In this document: one piece after another, positions 1 through 7,666 of the stretch
How the letters are laid out: the number at the start of each line of letters is the position of its first letter
Position numbering within the stretch: position 1 is the first letter of the stretch
Assembly: GCA_001786955.1 (NCBI GenBank)
Contig: MFUM01000004.1
Location: forward strand, 4,457-68,456
DNA: 64,000 nucleotides
Direction: 5' to 3'
DNA from: Candidatus Nomurabacteria bacterium RIFCSPHIGHO2_12_FULL_42_19
GTDB lineage: Bacteria; Patescibacteriota; Minisyncoccia; Phycocordibacterales; UBA9973
Notes under the pieces: generated by a model
Databases searched by the model: none
What the model was told of the DNA's origin: nothing
What the model saw: only the letters and a program-made list of their open reading frames with translations
Made by a program: the position numbers and the translations under genes

Positions 1-431
1 AGCTGGCCGCGAAAATCGGAAATATACGGCAGGCGGTCCCGGTCAAGCACATTAACAAATATTATGACTTTGCCCGGCCCGAAAATGTCGGACGGCAGGA
101 AACGGATACTGCCCCAGTCAATAAGCAGGCGCAGGTCGGATTCATGCTGCTGGCTGAAACCGCGGATAGAGGAGCCGTCAAAGGTCAGATTATTCGCCGA
201 GCCAAGCAGAAATTTTTTATCATAATCAAGCATATGAAAGCGGCCTTCCAGGTCCGTAAAGCAAAGCGTCACCGCCTTGATTCGTTTTTCTTTTTGCAGG
301 TATGCGCGATATTCTTTTTCAAGTTCCGCCGAGCTGGCCTTCTCCGCTCTATCTTGAGCGCGCAGGTTCATGGCCTCAAGCTCCCCGTAAGGAATTTCCA
401 AAAAGTTTTTCAATGCTTTATTATTTTCCAT
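1..431 (-). CDS. glnA: glutamine synthetase, N-terminal part (continues beyond window start)
   Basis: Own minus-strand translation from ATG 431-429: MENNKALKNF...CFTDLEGRFHMLDYDKKF...LTFDGSSIRGFSQQHESDLRLLIDW. FDGSSIRGF and ESD are typical of the GS N-terminal domain. Absent from the ORF track because it runs off the edge. Confidence 0.7.
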   Translation of the reverse strand, partial: MENNKALKNFLEIPYGELEAMNLRAQDRAEKASSAELEKEYRAYLQKEKRIKAVTLCFTDLEGRFHMLDYDKKFLLGSANNLTFDGSSIRGFSQQHESDLRLLIDWGSIRFLPSDIFGPGKVIIFVNVLDRDRLPYISDFRGQ

Positions 432-477
432 TGATTTTGCAAAATCACGTCGCGCAAACTCAATTAAAGCGCGACGC
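432..477 (-). promoter_or_regulatory. two-hairpin leader motif, copy L1, abutting the glnA ATG
   Basis: Perfect 16-bp palindrome TGATTTTGCAAAATCA (432-447). GC hairpin CGTCGCGC (448-455) / GCGCGACG (469-476). Same architecture at 4339-4418, 12259-12303 and 63274-63325. Confidence 0.55.
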
Positions 478-592
478 TCTTTTATATTAATTTAATAAAT
501 ATTTAATATAATTAAATACTAAATTAAACTAATTATATACTATTTTTATATAATAGCTGTGGATAACCCCTCACATACGTGCACGTGAGGGG

Positions 593-676
593 AAAATAAA
601 CAAAACCCCGCCTTACGGCGGGGTTTTGCGGCACATATACTGTCTATATAAAAATGTGAGAACACCTCACACTCAC
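593..676 (-). ncRNA. candidate short transcript or leader (promoter + hairpin + intrinsic terminator)
   Basis: Lies downstream of the minus-strand promoter TTGCAA-17-TGcTATACT. Hairpin TGTGAG/CTCACA (655-671), then CCCCGCC/GGCGGGG stem and a U-run. No homology identified. Confidence 0.3.
602..627 (-). terminator. intrinsic terminator hairpin (A-run/T-run flanked, bidirectional shape)
   Basis: aaaaCCCCGCCttacGGCGGGGtttt. A second hairpin CCCCTCAC...GTGAGGGG follows at 567-592. Confidence 0.55.
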
Positions 677-682
677 AAAAAG

Positions 683-711
683 AGTATAGCATACTTGTCA
701 GAAAATTGCAA
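683..711 (-). promoter_or_regulatory. sigma70-like promoter TTGCAA-17-TGcTATACT (minus strand)
   Basis: -35 at 711-706 and -10 at 688-683, read on the minus strand. The -35 hexamer is palindromic and shared with the rnpB promoter. Confidence 0.45.
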
Positions 712-734
712 GTAAAAAGCAAATAGTGTAGAAT
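706..734 (+). promoter_or_regulatory. sigma70-like promoter TTGCAA-17-TAGAAT for rnpB
   Basis: -35 at 706-711, 17-nt spacer, -10 at 729-734. The P1 stem of RNase P RNA starts 7 nt downstream. Confidence 0.6.
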
Positions 735-740
735 ATCGGG

Positions 741-1141
741 GCAGGCATCGGGTAGCTACCCAGCTCCACTTTCAATACTGAAAGTAAAATTAGGTAAAAA
801 ATAGGTTGCTTATTTTACACAAAGTGATGAAATTGATTGAGTGTTGAAAGTGGGGCTGGGAGGAAAGTCCGAACACAGACCAGTTTAGTCTAGGAAAGTA
901 GAGGGTAACGCCCTCCCATAGCGATATGGAGTTGCGAACAGAAACGACCCGGTTAAGTCCGGCTGAAACGGCTAAATACTTACTCCTGTGCAAGATCGTG
1001 TCCAGCCCCACTTTTCAAAAAGTGGAGCTGGGAGAATCGCTTGAGCCTATCAGTAATGACGGGCCTAGATAAATTGCTATCCCTCTCGTATGCTTAATCG
1101 CATGTAAGGGGCACAGAATTCGGCTTATAGATGCCTGCAAA
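741..1141 (+). ncRNA. rnpB: RNase P RNA (bacterial)
   Basis: Universal P4 strands GGAGGAAAGTCCGAACAC and ACAGAATTCGGCTTATAG. Terminal P1 pairing GCAGGCATC (741-749) / GATGCCTGC (1130-1138). GGTAACGCC element present. Own promoter and terminator. Confidence 0.85.
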
Positions 1142-1151
1142 AAAACGAGAG

Positions 1152-1176
1152 TCCCCCGCCCAAAGCGGGGGATTTT
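1152..1176 (+). terminator. intrinsic terminator after rnpB (bidirectional; also ends the DUF192 gene)
   Basis: TCCCCCGCccaaaGCGGGGGAtttt. Confidence 0.7.
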
Positions 1177-1179
1177 CTA

Positions 1180-1647
1180 TTAATATACAAATAAAACCCT
1201 GTCCCCTTCCTTTAAATTATTTTTATCTGAAAATCCGGCATTAATCTCCAAAATATATTTCGCATTAATATCCGGTCCAAAAGTTTCCGGATAGGACTCT
1301 GGCCACGCGTCTTTTTTTATATATATCACTTTCATATCTTCAGTAATCCAAACGATGTCTATTGGAAAATTCATTCCCTTCATCCAAAAATAATATTTGC
1401 CGGGATGTTCAAAAACAAACAGCATACCCTCGTTTGTTTTTAATTCATTCCGTCCTCCGAGACCTTTTTGCCGTTCGGCGTCAGTCAAAGCCAAATCAAC
1501 TTTAATATTGGCCCCCGTCAATCTCACATACTTTATATTTTCCGGACTAAGGTTCTTGACAGGCTGATTGATTAGAAAAAATCCTATTACAAAAAAAACA
1601 ATAACCAAGGCGAAGCTAGAGAAAGAAGAAATATTTTTTTTATTCAT
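1180..1647 (-). CDS. DUF192 domain protein with N-terminal membrane anchor
   Basis: GLGGRNEL..GMLFVF......FWMKGMNFPIDIVW pattern typical of DUF192. Confidence 0.75.
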   Translation of the reverse strand: MNKKNISSFSSFALVIVFFVIGFFLINQPVKNLSPENIKYVRLTGANIKVDLALTDAERQKGLGGRNELKTNEGMLFVFEHPGKYYFWMKGMNFPIDIVWITEDMKVIYIKKDAWPESYPETFGPDINAKYILEINAGFSDKNNLKEGDRVLFVY

Positions 1648-1656
1648 AATTCAGGG

Positions 1657-3060
1657 CTATTTAGGATCTCCGTTCCAGCCGAAAAGTTTCCCAATAGAAT
1701 CCGCGCTCTCGCGTTTGCGGGCGATTTTAATCATCCCGTCCCGGGCAATAATTTTTAGCGGTGTCGCCAGAAGACAATGATGCGAAGCCAGGCCGTCTTG
1801 ATACGCACCGGTATCCAAGACCGCCACAAACTGGTCCTGGTTGTCATGAAGCTTCGGCAAAAGAATATAATTTCCCCCAGCTGTGTATTTATCATCTGAA
1901 TCGCAAGTGCTCCCCGCTAGCCAGGTTGTTTTCAGGGCGCCATGCATATTGTTTGCCGGAATGACGTGGAACTTTTGGTGTATAGCCCAAGTATCCTTAA
2001 TGTCGTTCATAAAAGATCCGTCAATAATATACCAGGCTTTGGCATTCGCTTTCGGTATAAATTTTTTGGAAAGCACTTTGTAAATCGTCATTTCTGCCGG
2101 AGCCACGATGTATTGCCCCCACTCTACTATAAGATTTGGATGCCTGATTCCCGCTTTGTCTGATAAATTTTTAAGTATTTTGATAATCTTACTGGAAACT
2201 CCTTTAGCGGTATAAAATTTTTTCTTTTCATAAGGAATGCCAAATCCGCCGCCAATGTCCAGCGTATCAAGCGAAGGATGGATTTTTTGCAATTGTATAT
2301 ACATACTAAAAGCATGCTTTATGCCGTTTAAAATACTTTTTTGTGTTTTAATCTGCGACCCCAGATGGTAATGCATCACTTTAAGGTTTTTCATTTTGTT
2401 TAATTCAAGAGCATCTTTTTCTGAAAGTCCGAAACGGTCAAATTTTTTATCCCAATGCGAATCGGTTTTAATATTCAAATCTATCCGAGCTCCGATGTCG
2501 CCTTTATATTTTGAAAGCCTTTCAATTTCATCCAGACTTTCTATAATCGGCACAATATTCATACCTTTAGCGCGAAGTTCTTCTATTAAATCCAAATACT
2601 GGTCGGTTTTCGGGCCGTTGCAAAGTACGCGGATTTTGCTGTTGAATTTCTCTCCTTCCCAAAGTTTCTTTACAATCCAAAGCTCGTTGGCGGATGTCGC
2701 TTCCAGATTGGCGCCCTCGGAAAGGAGTGAAAGGATAAATTCCTTATTTTGATTCACTTTCATTGGATAGTGATAGAAAAATTTCCCCCGATAGCCGTAT
2801 ATTTTCATATAGGCTTGAAAATAGCCAATCAAGTCTTTTAATCTGTCTTCAATGATAAAAGGGAAAATTACCTGCAGTGGCGTGCCATATTTATACGCCA
2901 GGTCGCTTAAATTATAAATGTGATGGCCTTCAGTGGCTGTCAGTTCGCCGTCCTTATTGACACCGAAAAACTGGGTGTTGAATTCATCCGCTCCGAGCTT
3001 CCAAAATTTCTTCCAATTTTTCTGCGGTCTTTTGGGCTTTTTGGGTTTTTTCTTCGGCAT
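1657..3060 (-). CDS. speA: PLP-dependent fold-III decarboxylase, arginine decarboxylase-like
   Basis: YPMKVNQ, HLGSQI, LDIGGGFGIPY and GSTCDSDD motifs resemble biosynthetic arginine decarboxylase. Lys-rich N-terminus. Confidence 0.6.
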   Translation of the reverse strand: MPKKKPKKPKRPQKNWKKFWKLGADEFNTQFFGVNKDGELTATEGHHIYNLSDLAYKYGTPLQVIFPFIIEDRLKDLIGYFQAYMKIYGYRGKFFYHYPMKVNQNKEFILSLLSEGANLEATSANELWIVKKLWEGEKFNSKIRVLCNGPKTDQYLDLIEELRAKGMNIVPIIESLDEIERLSKYKGDIGARIDLNIKTDSHWDKKFDRFGLSEKDALELNKMKNLKVMHYHLGSQIKTQKSILNGIKHAFSMYIQLQKIHPSLDTLDIGGGFGIPYEKKKFYTAKGVSSKIIKILKNLSDKAGIRHPNLIVEWGQYIVAPAEMTIYKVLSKKFIPKANAKAWYIIDGSFMNDIKDTWAIHQKFHVIPANNMHGALKTTWLAGSTCDSDDKYTAGGNYILLPKLHDNQDQFVAVLDTGAYQDGLASHHCLLATPLKIIARDGMIKIARKRESADSIGKLFGWNGDPK

Positions 3061-3100
3061 CTAAGTAAAAATAATTATAGCAAGTGCTGATAAAATGTAA

Positions 3101-3130
3101 ACCCCCACATCTATATATAAGTGTGGGGGT
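3101..3130 (-). terminator. intrinsic terminator after tgt
   Basis: ACCCCCACAt...GTGTGGGGGT hairpin followed by a U-rich tract on the minus strand. Confidence 0.6.
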
Positions 3131-3138
3131 AAAGGATT

Positions 3139-4338
3139 TTAGGATTTTAAATACCCTTTTAAAAATTCCTTCTTGAATTCAAAGAAGTTGTCGTCCAGGA
3201 TTGACTGCCGGATTTTTTTAACTAAATTAATAATGAAATACAAATTATGTATTGAAGCAAGAGTTGCGGCCAGTATTTCTTTACCATGAAAGAGATGGGC
3301 GAGGTAAGCGCGGGAATAGTTCGCGCATAAATAGCATTTACAATTCTCTTCAACCGCATTAAAGTCATTTTTATATTTAGCATTCATTATATTTATTTTC
3401 CCATTTTTGGTATAGAGTGAGCCATTGCGGGCATTGCGCGTCGGCGCAACGCAATCAAACAAATCCACGCCGTTTTCTATGCCCATAAACAAATCCTCCG
3501 GCTCGCCGATGCCGAGCAGATGCCGAGGCTTTTCTTCCGGCAATATTTCATTTACCCATCGGACCGCTGTCTGCATATCTTCCTTGGCAAAAGAGCCGCC
3601 GATACCAAAACCGTCAAAATCTAAACTCTTTAGAAAGTTTGCCGATTTTTTTCGGAGCGTTTCGTCTCTTCCGCCTTGCACAATACCGAACAATGCAATG
3701 TTGTTTTTTTTATTTAATTTATCATGTTCTTCTAAACTTCTTTTTGCCCAATTATGAGTTCGTTCCAACGCCTCTGTCTGATATCTAAAATCTTCCGCCG
3801 GGCTGGTGCACTCGTCAAAAGCAAAAATTATATCTGCGCCCAGGTTGTGCTGGATTTGGATTGATTTTTCCGGAGTGATGTAATGGATGCTGCCGTCCAA
3901 GTGCGATTTAAAAGAAACCCCGTCCTGTCCGATTTTAGCCAAACGAGGAGCACCAGAGTCATCAAAGCGTTCCGGAATCAACAAGGACGAATCGGTAATT
4001 TTTGTGATTTTAGAAACCTGCTTACCATAAGCTGCGCCCAGGGAAAAAACCTGAAAGCCGCCGGAATCGGTAATTATAGGGCTATTCCAATTCATAAATT
4101 TATGCAGACCGCCCGCTTTGGCTACCAACTCATCACCAGGCTGTAAATATAAATGATAGGTATTGGCTAAAATTACTTCAGCTCCCAGATCCCTAGCCTG
4201 CTCGGGGGTCAGAGCTTTCACGCTGGCTTTCGTGCCGACCGGCACAAAAGCCGGAGTCTGAATAACTCCATGCGCTGTAGTGATGACTCCCACCCTTCCT
4301 AAACAATTTTCCAATTTTTTCTCTATTTTGAAATGCAT
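3139..4338 (-). CDS. tgt: queuine tRNA-ribosyltransferase (tRNA-guanine transglycosylase)
   Basis: TPAFVPVGT, ILANTYHL, TDSGGFQVFSL, FAFDECT, LFGIVQGG and a CxCxxC zinc site (CKCYLC). Confidence 0.9.
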   Translation of the reverse strand: MHFKIEKKLENCLGRVGVITTAHGVIQTPAFVPVGTKASVKALTPEQARDLGAEVILANTYHLYLQPGDELVAKAGGLHKFMNWNSPIITDSGGFQVFSLGAAYGKQVSKITKITDSSLLIPERFDDSGAPRLAKIGQDGVSFKSHLDGSIHYITPEKSIQIQHNLGADIIFAFDECTSPAEDFRYQTEALERTHNWAKRSLEEHDKLNKKNNIALFGIVQGGRDETLRKKSANFLKSLDFDGFGIGGSFAKEDMQTAVRWVNEILPEEKPRHLLGIGEPEDLFMGIENGVDLFDCVAPTRNARNGSLYTKNGKINIMNAKYKNDFNAVEENCKCYLCANYSRAYLAHLFHGKEILAATLASIHNLYFIINLVKKIRQSILDDNFFEFKKEFLKGYLKS

Positions 4339-4418
4339 TGATTTTGCGAAATCACGTCACGCAAGTTAATTCTGATGAATTATGTCGTGTTCTCCTTTAA
4401 AACACGACCGGCGCGACG
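4339..4418 (-). promoter_or_regulatory. two-hairpin leader motif, copy L2, abutting the tgt ATG (with an extra internal hairpin)
   Basis: TGATTTTGCGAAATCA (4339-4354). CGTCACGC (4355-4362) pairs with GCGCGACG (4411-4418). Inserted hairpin GTCGTGTT/AACACGAC at 4384-4408. Confidence 0.5.
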
Positions 4419-4421
4419 CTT

Positions 4422-5252
4422 CTATATTTCCACTTCCACGAATTTTAACTCCTGAATATTGACCGGGCTGGAAAGCAACGCTTTGGCAAAAGGATTGCGT
4501 GGGTCAGAGATTATCTTTTCAACAACAGCCAAAAGCAGAGAATTAATGCCGGGCAAAACCACCTGATCTCCTTTTTGCAAGATAAAATCTTTAGGCATTG
4601 TCATTTCAAAATTTCCCCCGCCCCGCCCGACAACTTCCATAAAAACATCCCCGCCTGCGTGAGCAGACCGACCCGCAATTATAGCCTGCGTTCTTTCTCC
4701 TGCATTTGAAAACAAAATTACTTTGGAAGAATTGTCATAAGCAAGGCTCACGCGCCCAATCGGCACATTACCTAGGGCAAAAACTATATTCCCCGTTTTT
4801 ACTCCCCTGTTCGTGCCCGTATCAATGATAAGCGTATCATAAGGAGATTGATTCGGTTTGGACAAAATAGCGGATAAAATCATCTTAACCTTTTCGTTTT
4901 TCCCTGCCTTGCCGACAGGCAGACGTCCTAAAATTTCCTTGATTTTTAAATTCTCATCCAAAATAGAATTGTAATTCGCTGTTCTTGCTTCTTGTTCGTT
5001 CAGTCTCAATTTCAAATCTTCATTTTCCCAAAGAAGAGATTTTTTGGAATAAAAATAGGAACCGGCATCTGATAATTTTCCATTTATGTTATTTCCTAAA
5101 ATTAAAACCGGGCGGAAAAGCCATCCGCTCATATAGGACAGCCCGTTAAAAATTCCCGTTCTGAAATAAAATAAAACAATCAAAACAAAAGCGCTAAGCG
5201 CAATATTTAAAAATTTTTTTCTTTTATTTTTTTTATCTAGGAGGTAGCTCAT
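4422..5252 (-). CDS. mreC: rod shape-determining protein MreC
   Basis: N-terminal TM, coiled coil and beta-rich C-terminus, immediately after mreB. The ATG at 5252 is preferred over the TTG at 5264. Confidence 0.7.
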   Translation of the reverse strand: MSYLLDKKNKRKKFLNIALSAFVLIVLFYFRTGIFNGLSYMSGWLFRPVLILGNNINGKLSDAGSYFYSKKSLLWENEDLKLRLNEQEARTANYNSILDENLKIKEILGRLPVGKAGKNEKVKMILSAILSKPNQSPYDTLIIDTGTNRGVKTGNIVFALGNVPIGRVSLAYDNSSKVILFSNAGERTQAIIAGRSAHAGGDVFMEVVGRGGGNFEMTMPKDFILQKGDQVVLPGINSLLLAVVEKIISDPRNPFAKALLSSPVNIQELKFVEVEI

Positions 5253-6279
5253 CTTGGTTGCCAATCAGAATTTCTTTATAAAGAGGAAGATTGTCCAGAA
5301 TTACCCCCGTCCCGCGAGCCACGGCCGAGAGCGGATCTTCCACTACATAAACCGGAATTTTAAGAACTCTTTGTAAAAGCTGGTCAAGCCCCGGAAGCAA
5401 AGCCCCGCCGCCGGACAAAGTAATCCCCCGATGCATTATGTCGGATAAAATTTCCGGCGGTGTCGTTTCCAGCATGTCTTTCACGCCTTCTACCAGACTT
5501 TTGATTGAAGATGAAAGCGCTTCACGAATATCGGAATCCGTCACCACTACTTCGCGCGGCAATCCGGTAAGAAGGTCCCGTCCGTGGACTTCTGTTTCCA
5601 TGTATTCTCCCTGGACAACGGAACCGATGGCAATCTTGACCATCTCGGCTGTCCGCTCTCCAATCAGTATTTTAAATTCATCGCGCATATAAGTGATAAT
5701 GTCATTATTCAGCCGGTCGCCGGCTATTTTCAGATTTTTTGACTTGACGATTCCGCCCAAGGAAATTACCGCAACATCTGTCGTTCCGCCGCCGACGTCT
5801 ATAATCATGGAACCAACGGGGTCTTTGATTGGAAGCCGGATGCCGATGGCGGCCGCCATCGGTTCTTCTACCAGGAAAACTTCCCTGGCGCCGGCGGAGC
5901 GCGCCGCATCGTAGACTGCCCGCGTTTCAACGTTAGTCGTGCCGGATGGCACGCCGACCAGGACTCTCGGCCGCGCCAACTTTTTGGACATTTTGTCGGC
6001 TTTGTTTATCAGATAGGAGAGCATTTCTTCGGTTACTTCAAAATCGGAAATAACGCCATCCACCAGCGGACGGATAGCTTTGATGTGCCCGGGAGTGCGC
6101 CCGAGCATTTCTTTGGCCTGCACGCCAACTGCCAGGATTTGATTGGTTTTGATGTTGACTGCCACGACTGAAGGCTCGTTGATTACGATACCGTGGCCTT
6201 TCAAATACACCAAGGTATTGGAAGTGCCCAGATCTATGCCGATGTCGTTGGAGATTAATTTGTAGAATTTTTCAAACAT
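5233..6279 (-). CDS. mreB: rod shape-determining actin-like protein MreB
   Basis: DLGTSNTLVY, DVGGGTTDVAVISLGG and LSGGGALL motifs. Confidence 0.95.
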   Translation of the reverse strand: MFEKFYKLISNDIGIDLGTSNTLVYLKGHGIVINEPSVVAVNIKTNQILAVGVQAKEMLGRTPGHIKAIRPLVDGVISDFEVTEEMLSYLINKADKMSKKLARPRVLVGVPSGTTNVETRAVYDAARSAGAREVFLVEEPMAAAIGIRLPIKDPVGSMIIDVGGGTTDVAVISLGGIVKSKNLKIAGDRLNNDIITYMRDEFKILIGERTAEMVKIAIGSVVQGEYMETEVHGRDLLTGLPREVVVTDSDIREALSSSIKSLVEGVKDMLETTPPEILSDIMHRGITLSGGGALLPGLDQLLQRVLKIPVYVVEDPLSAVARGTGVILDNLPLYKEILIGNQDELPPR

Positions 6280-6281
6280 AA

Positions 6282-6323
6282 TTAAGAACGGTTCTTAAGA
6301 AGTTTCCCCAAGAACCGTTCTTG
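6282..6323. repeat. two copies of the palindrome AAGAACsGTTCTT
   Basis: TTAAGAACGGTTCTTAA (6282-6298) and CAAGAACCGTTCTTG (6309-6323). Third copy at 49213-49225. Confidence 0.6.
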
Positions 6324-7551
6324 TTAATTCTTCTAAAGAAACAATTTTTCCTTTCTCTTCAGCACGTTTTTTTAATTCTATTCCTTTTTCTTTTATACTC
6401 CGTAGAGATACAACCGCGCGAAATGGTATTCCAAGTAAATCCGCATCAGAAAACTTTTCTCCAGCCGATATGTTCATTCGGTCATCGAACAGGACTTCAA
6501 TACCCGCTTTCGATAAGCTTTTATAAACTCTATCAGCTTCTGCCGAAGTTGTTTCATCGTCCCCAAGCGCAAGCAAATGCACCTGAAATGGCGCTATAGA
6601 TTCCGGCCAAATTATACCTTTATCGTCGGCCAGAACCTCTACCACCGTGCCCAAGAGACGCCCCAGCCCTATGCCATAACAACCCATTAAAACAGGGTGT
6701 TTTTCCCCTTTTTCGTCTGTAAAGGATAAATCAAACGGCGCTGAGTATTTTGTTTTTAAGTCAAAAATATTCCCAACCTCAATAGCTCTTTGCTCGACTA
6801 ATTTTTCCTTTTTCAGATTAAGCTGGTTTAAAATCTCATCACTTAAAACCTCCTTATTCACGGCAACACCGCTCGCTTCATCAACATAGATAACATCTTC
6901 GCCCACGGGAGTAATGGTTTGAAATTCATGCGAATATTTTGCAAAAGTCCCGCCTGAAGCGAAAGTCATATAAGTCAGGTGCCCAATACCGACTCTGGAA
7001 AAAATAGTTTTATAAGCATCTTGCATTTTGCTGTAAAAATTTTCAAAGTCCCCAGCCGAAGTGTGAAAAGAATACATGTCTTTCATGATAAATTCCCTAC
7101 CACGCAACATTCCGGACTTGGCGCGAAGTTCCATTCTAAACTTATTTTGAATTTGATAAATATAGAGCGGAAAATCTTTATGCGAGGAAATATAATTTTT
7201 TAAAATTGGAACAACTATTTCTTCATGGGTGGGTCCCAGGGCAACTTCCCGACCGGAAGAATCTCCGACTTTGTATAAATCATCCATTGCCTGCCACCGG
7301 CCGGTTTTTTCCCAATTTTCTTTCGGCTGCATTGTGGACATCAGGACTTCCTGCCCACCGACTTTATCCATCTCTTCCCTGATTATATTTTCAATTTTCC
7401 TTAAAACCCGAAGCCCCAGCGGCAGGTAGCTATAAACTCCGGCCATTTCTTTGTGAACAAAACCCCCGCGAATAAGCAATTCGGCGTTTCTGGAAACTTC
7501 ATCCGCCGGACTCTCTTTTCTGGTCCTGGTAAAAAGCTTAGATTGTCTCAT
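6295..7551 (-). CDS. proS: prolyl-tRNA synthetase, short form apparently lacking the INS editing domain
   Basis: MRQSKLFTRTRKESPADEVSRNAELLIRGG N-terminus, class II motifs and a C-terminal anticodon-binding domain. About 418 aa. Confidence 0.9.
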   Translation of the reverse strand: MRQSKLFTRTRKESPADEVSRNAELLIRGGFVHKEMAGVYSYLPLGLRVLRKIENIIREEMDKVGGQEVLMSTMQPKENWEKTGRWQAMDDLYKVGDSSGREVALGPTHEEIVVPILKNYISSHKDFPLYIYQIQNKFRMELRAKSGMLRGREFIMKDMYSFHTSAGDFENFYSKMQDAYKTIFSRVGIGHLTYMTFASGGTFAKYSHEFQTITPVGEDVIYVDEASGVAVNKEVLSDEILNQLNLKKEKLVEQRAIEVGNIFDLKTKYSAPFDLSFTDEKGEKHPVLMGCYGIGLGRLLGTVVEVLADDKGIIWPESIAPFQVHLLALGDDETTSAEADRVYKSLSKAGIEVLFDDRMNISAGEKFSDADLLGIPFRAVVSLRSIKEKGIELKKRAEEKGKIVSLEELTRTVLGETS

Positions 7552-7631
7552 GCTGTTAATCATACTTGCATCTTACCCGAAAAAAGTCTTTTGGTCAAAG
7601 CAAAAACTCTTCCATAAAATAGAAGAAAAAT

Positions 7632-7660
7632 TTGCAAAAAAGAGAGTTTTCTGCTATATT
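7632..7660 (+). promoter_or_regulatory. promoter TTGCAA-17-TGcTATATT, 6 nt before the rpsB ATG (leaderless-type)
   Basis: -35 at 7632-7637, -10 at 7655-7660, ATG at 7667. Confidence 0.55.
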
Positions 7661-7666
7661 ATTCGT

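Noticed and set aside
432-447. Leader palindrome TGATTTTGCAAAATCA as a known operator (CodY AATTTTCWGAAAATT, or a LacI/PurR-type box)
   Set aside because: It has only superficial AT-palindrome similarity. The centre and spacing differ, so no named regulator is assigned.
481-700. Glutamine riboswitch (glnA RNA motif) upstream of glnA
   Set aside because: I could not find the conserved glnA-motif core. The hairpins look like plain terminators.
790-1011. 73-aa ORF on the minus strand
   Set aside because: It lies inside the RNase P RNA gene.
4610-4640. CCCCCGCCCCGCCCGAC tract in mreC as another inserted element
   Set aside because: It has no inverted-repeat structure or sister copy. It encodes GRGGGN within an otherwise continuous domain, and the evidence is insufficient.
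7550-7666. N-terminal extensions of rpsB (7550), rnr (24954), thrS (33403), the second pilin (50606), the receiver (54054) and the cphA-like gene (59338)
   Set aside because: The extensions are non-conserved and overlap promoters or neighbouring genes. Internal ATGs give canonical N-termini.
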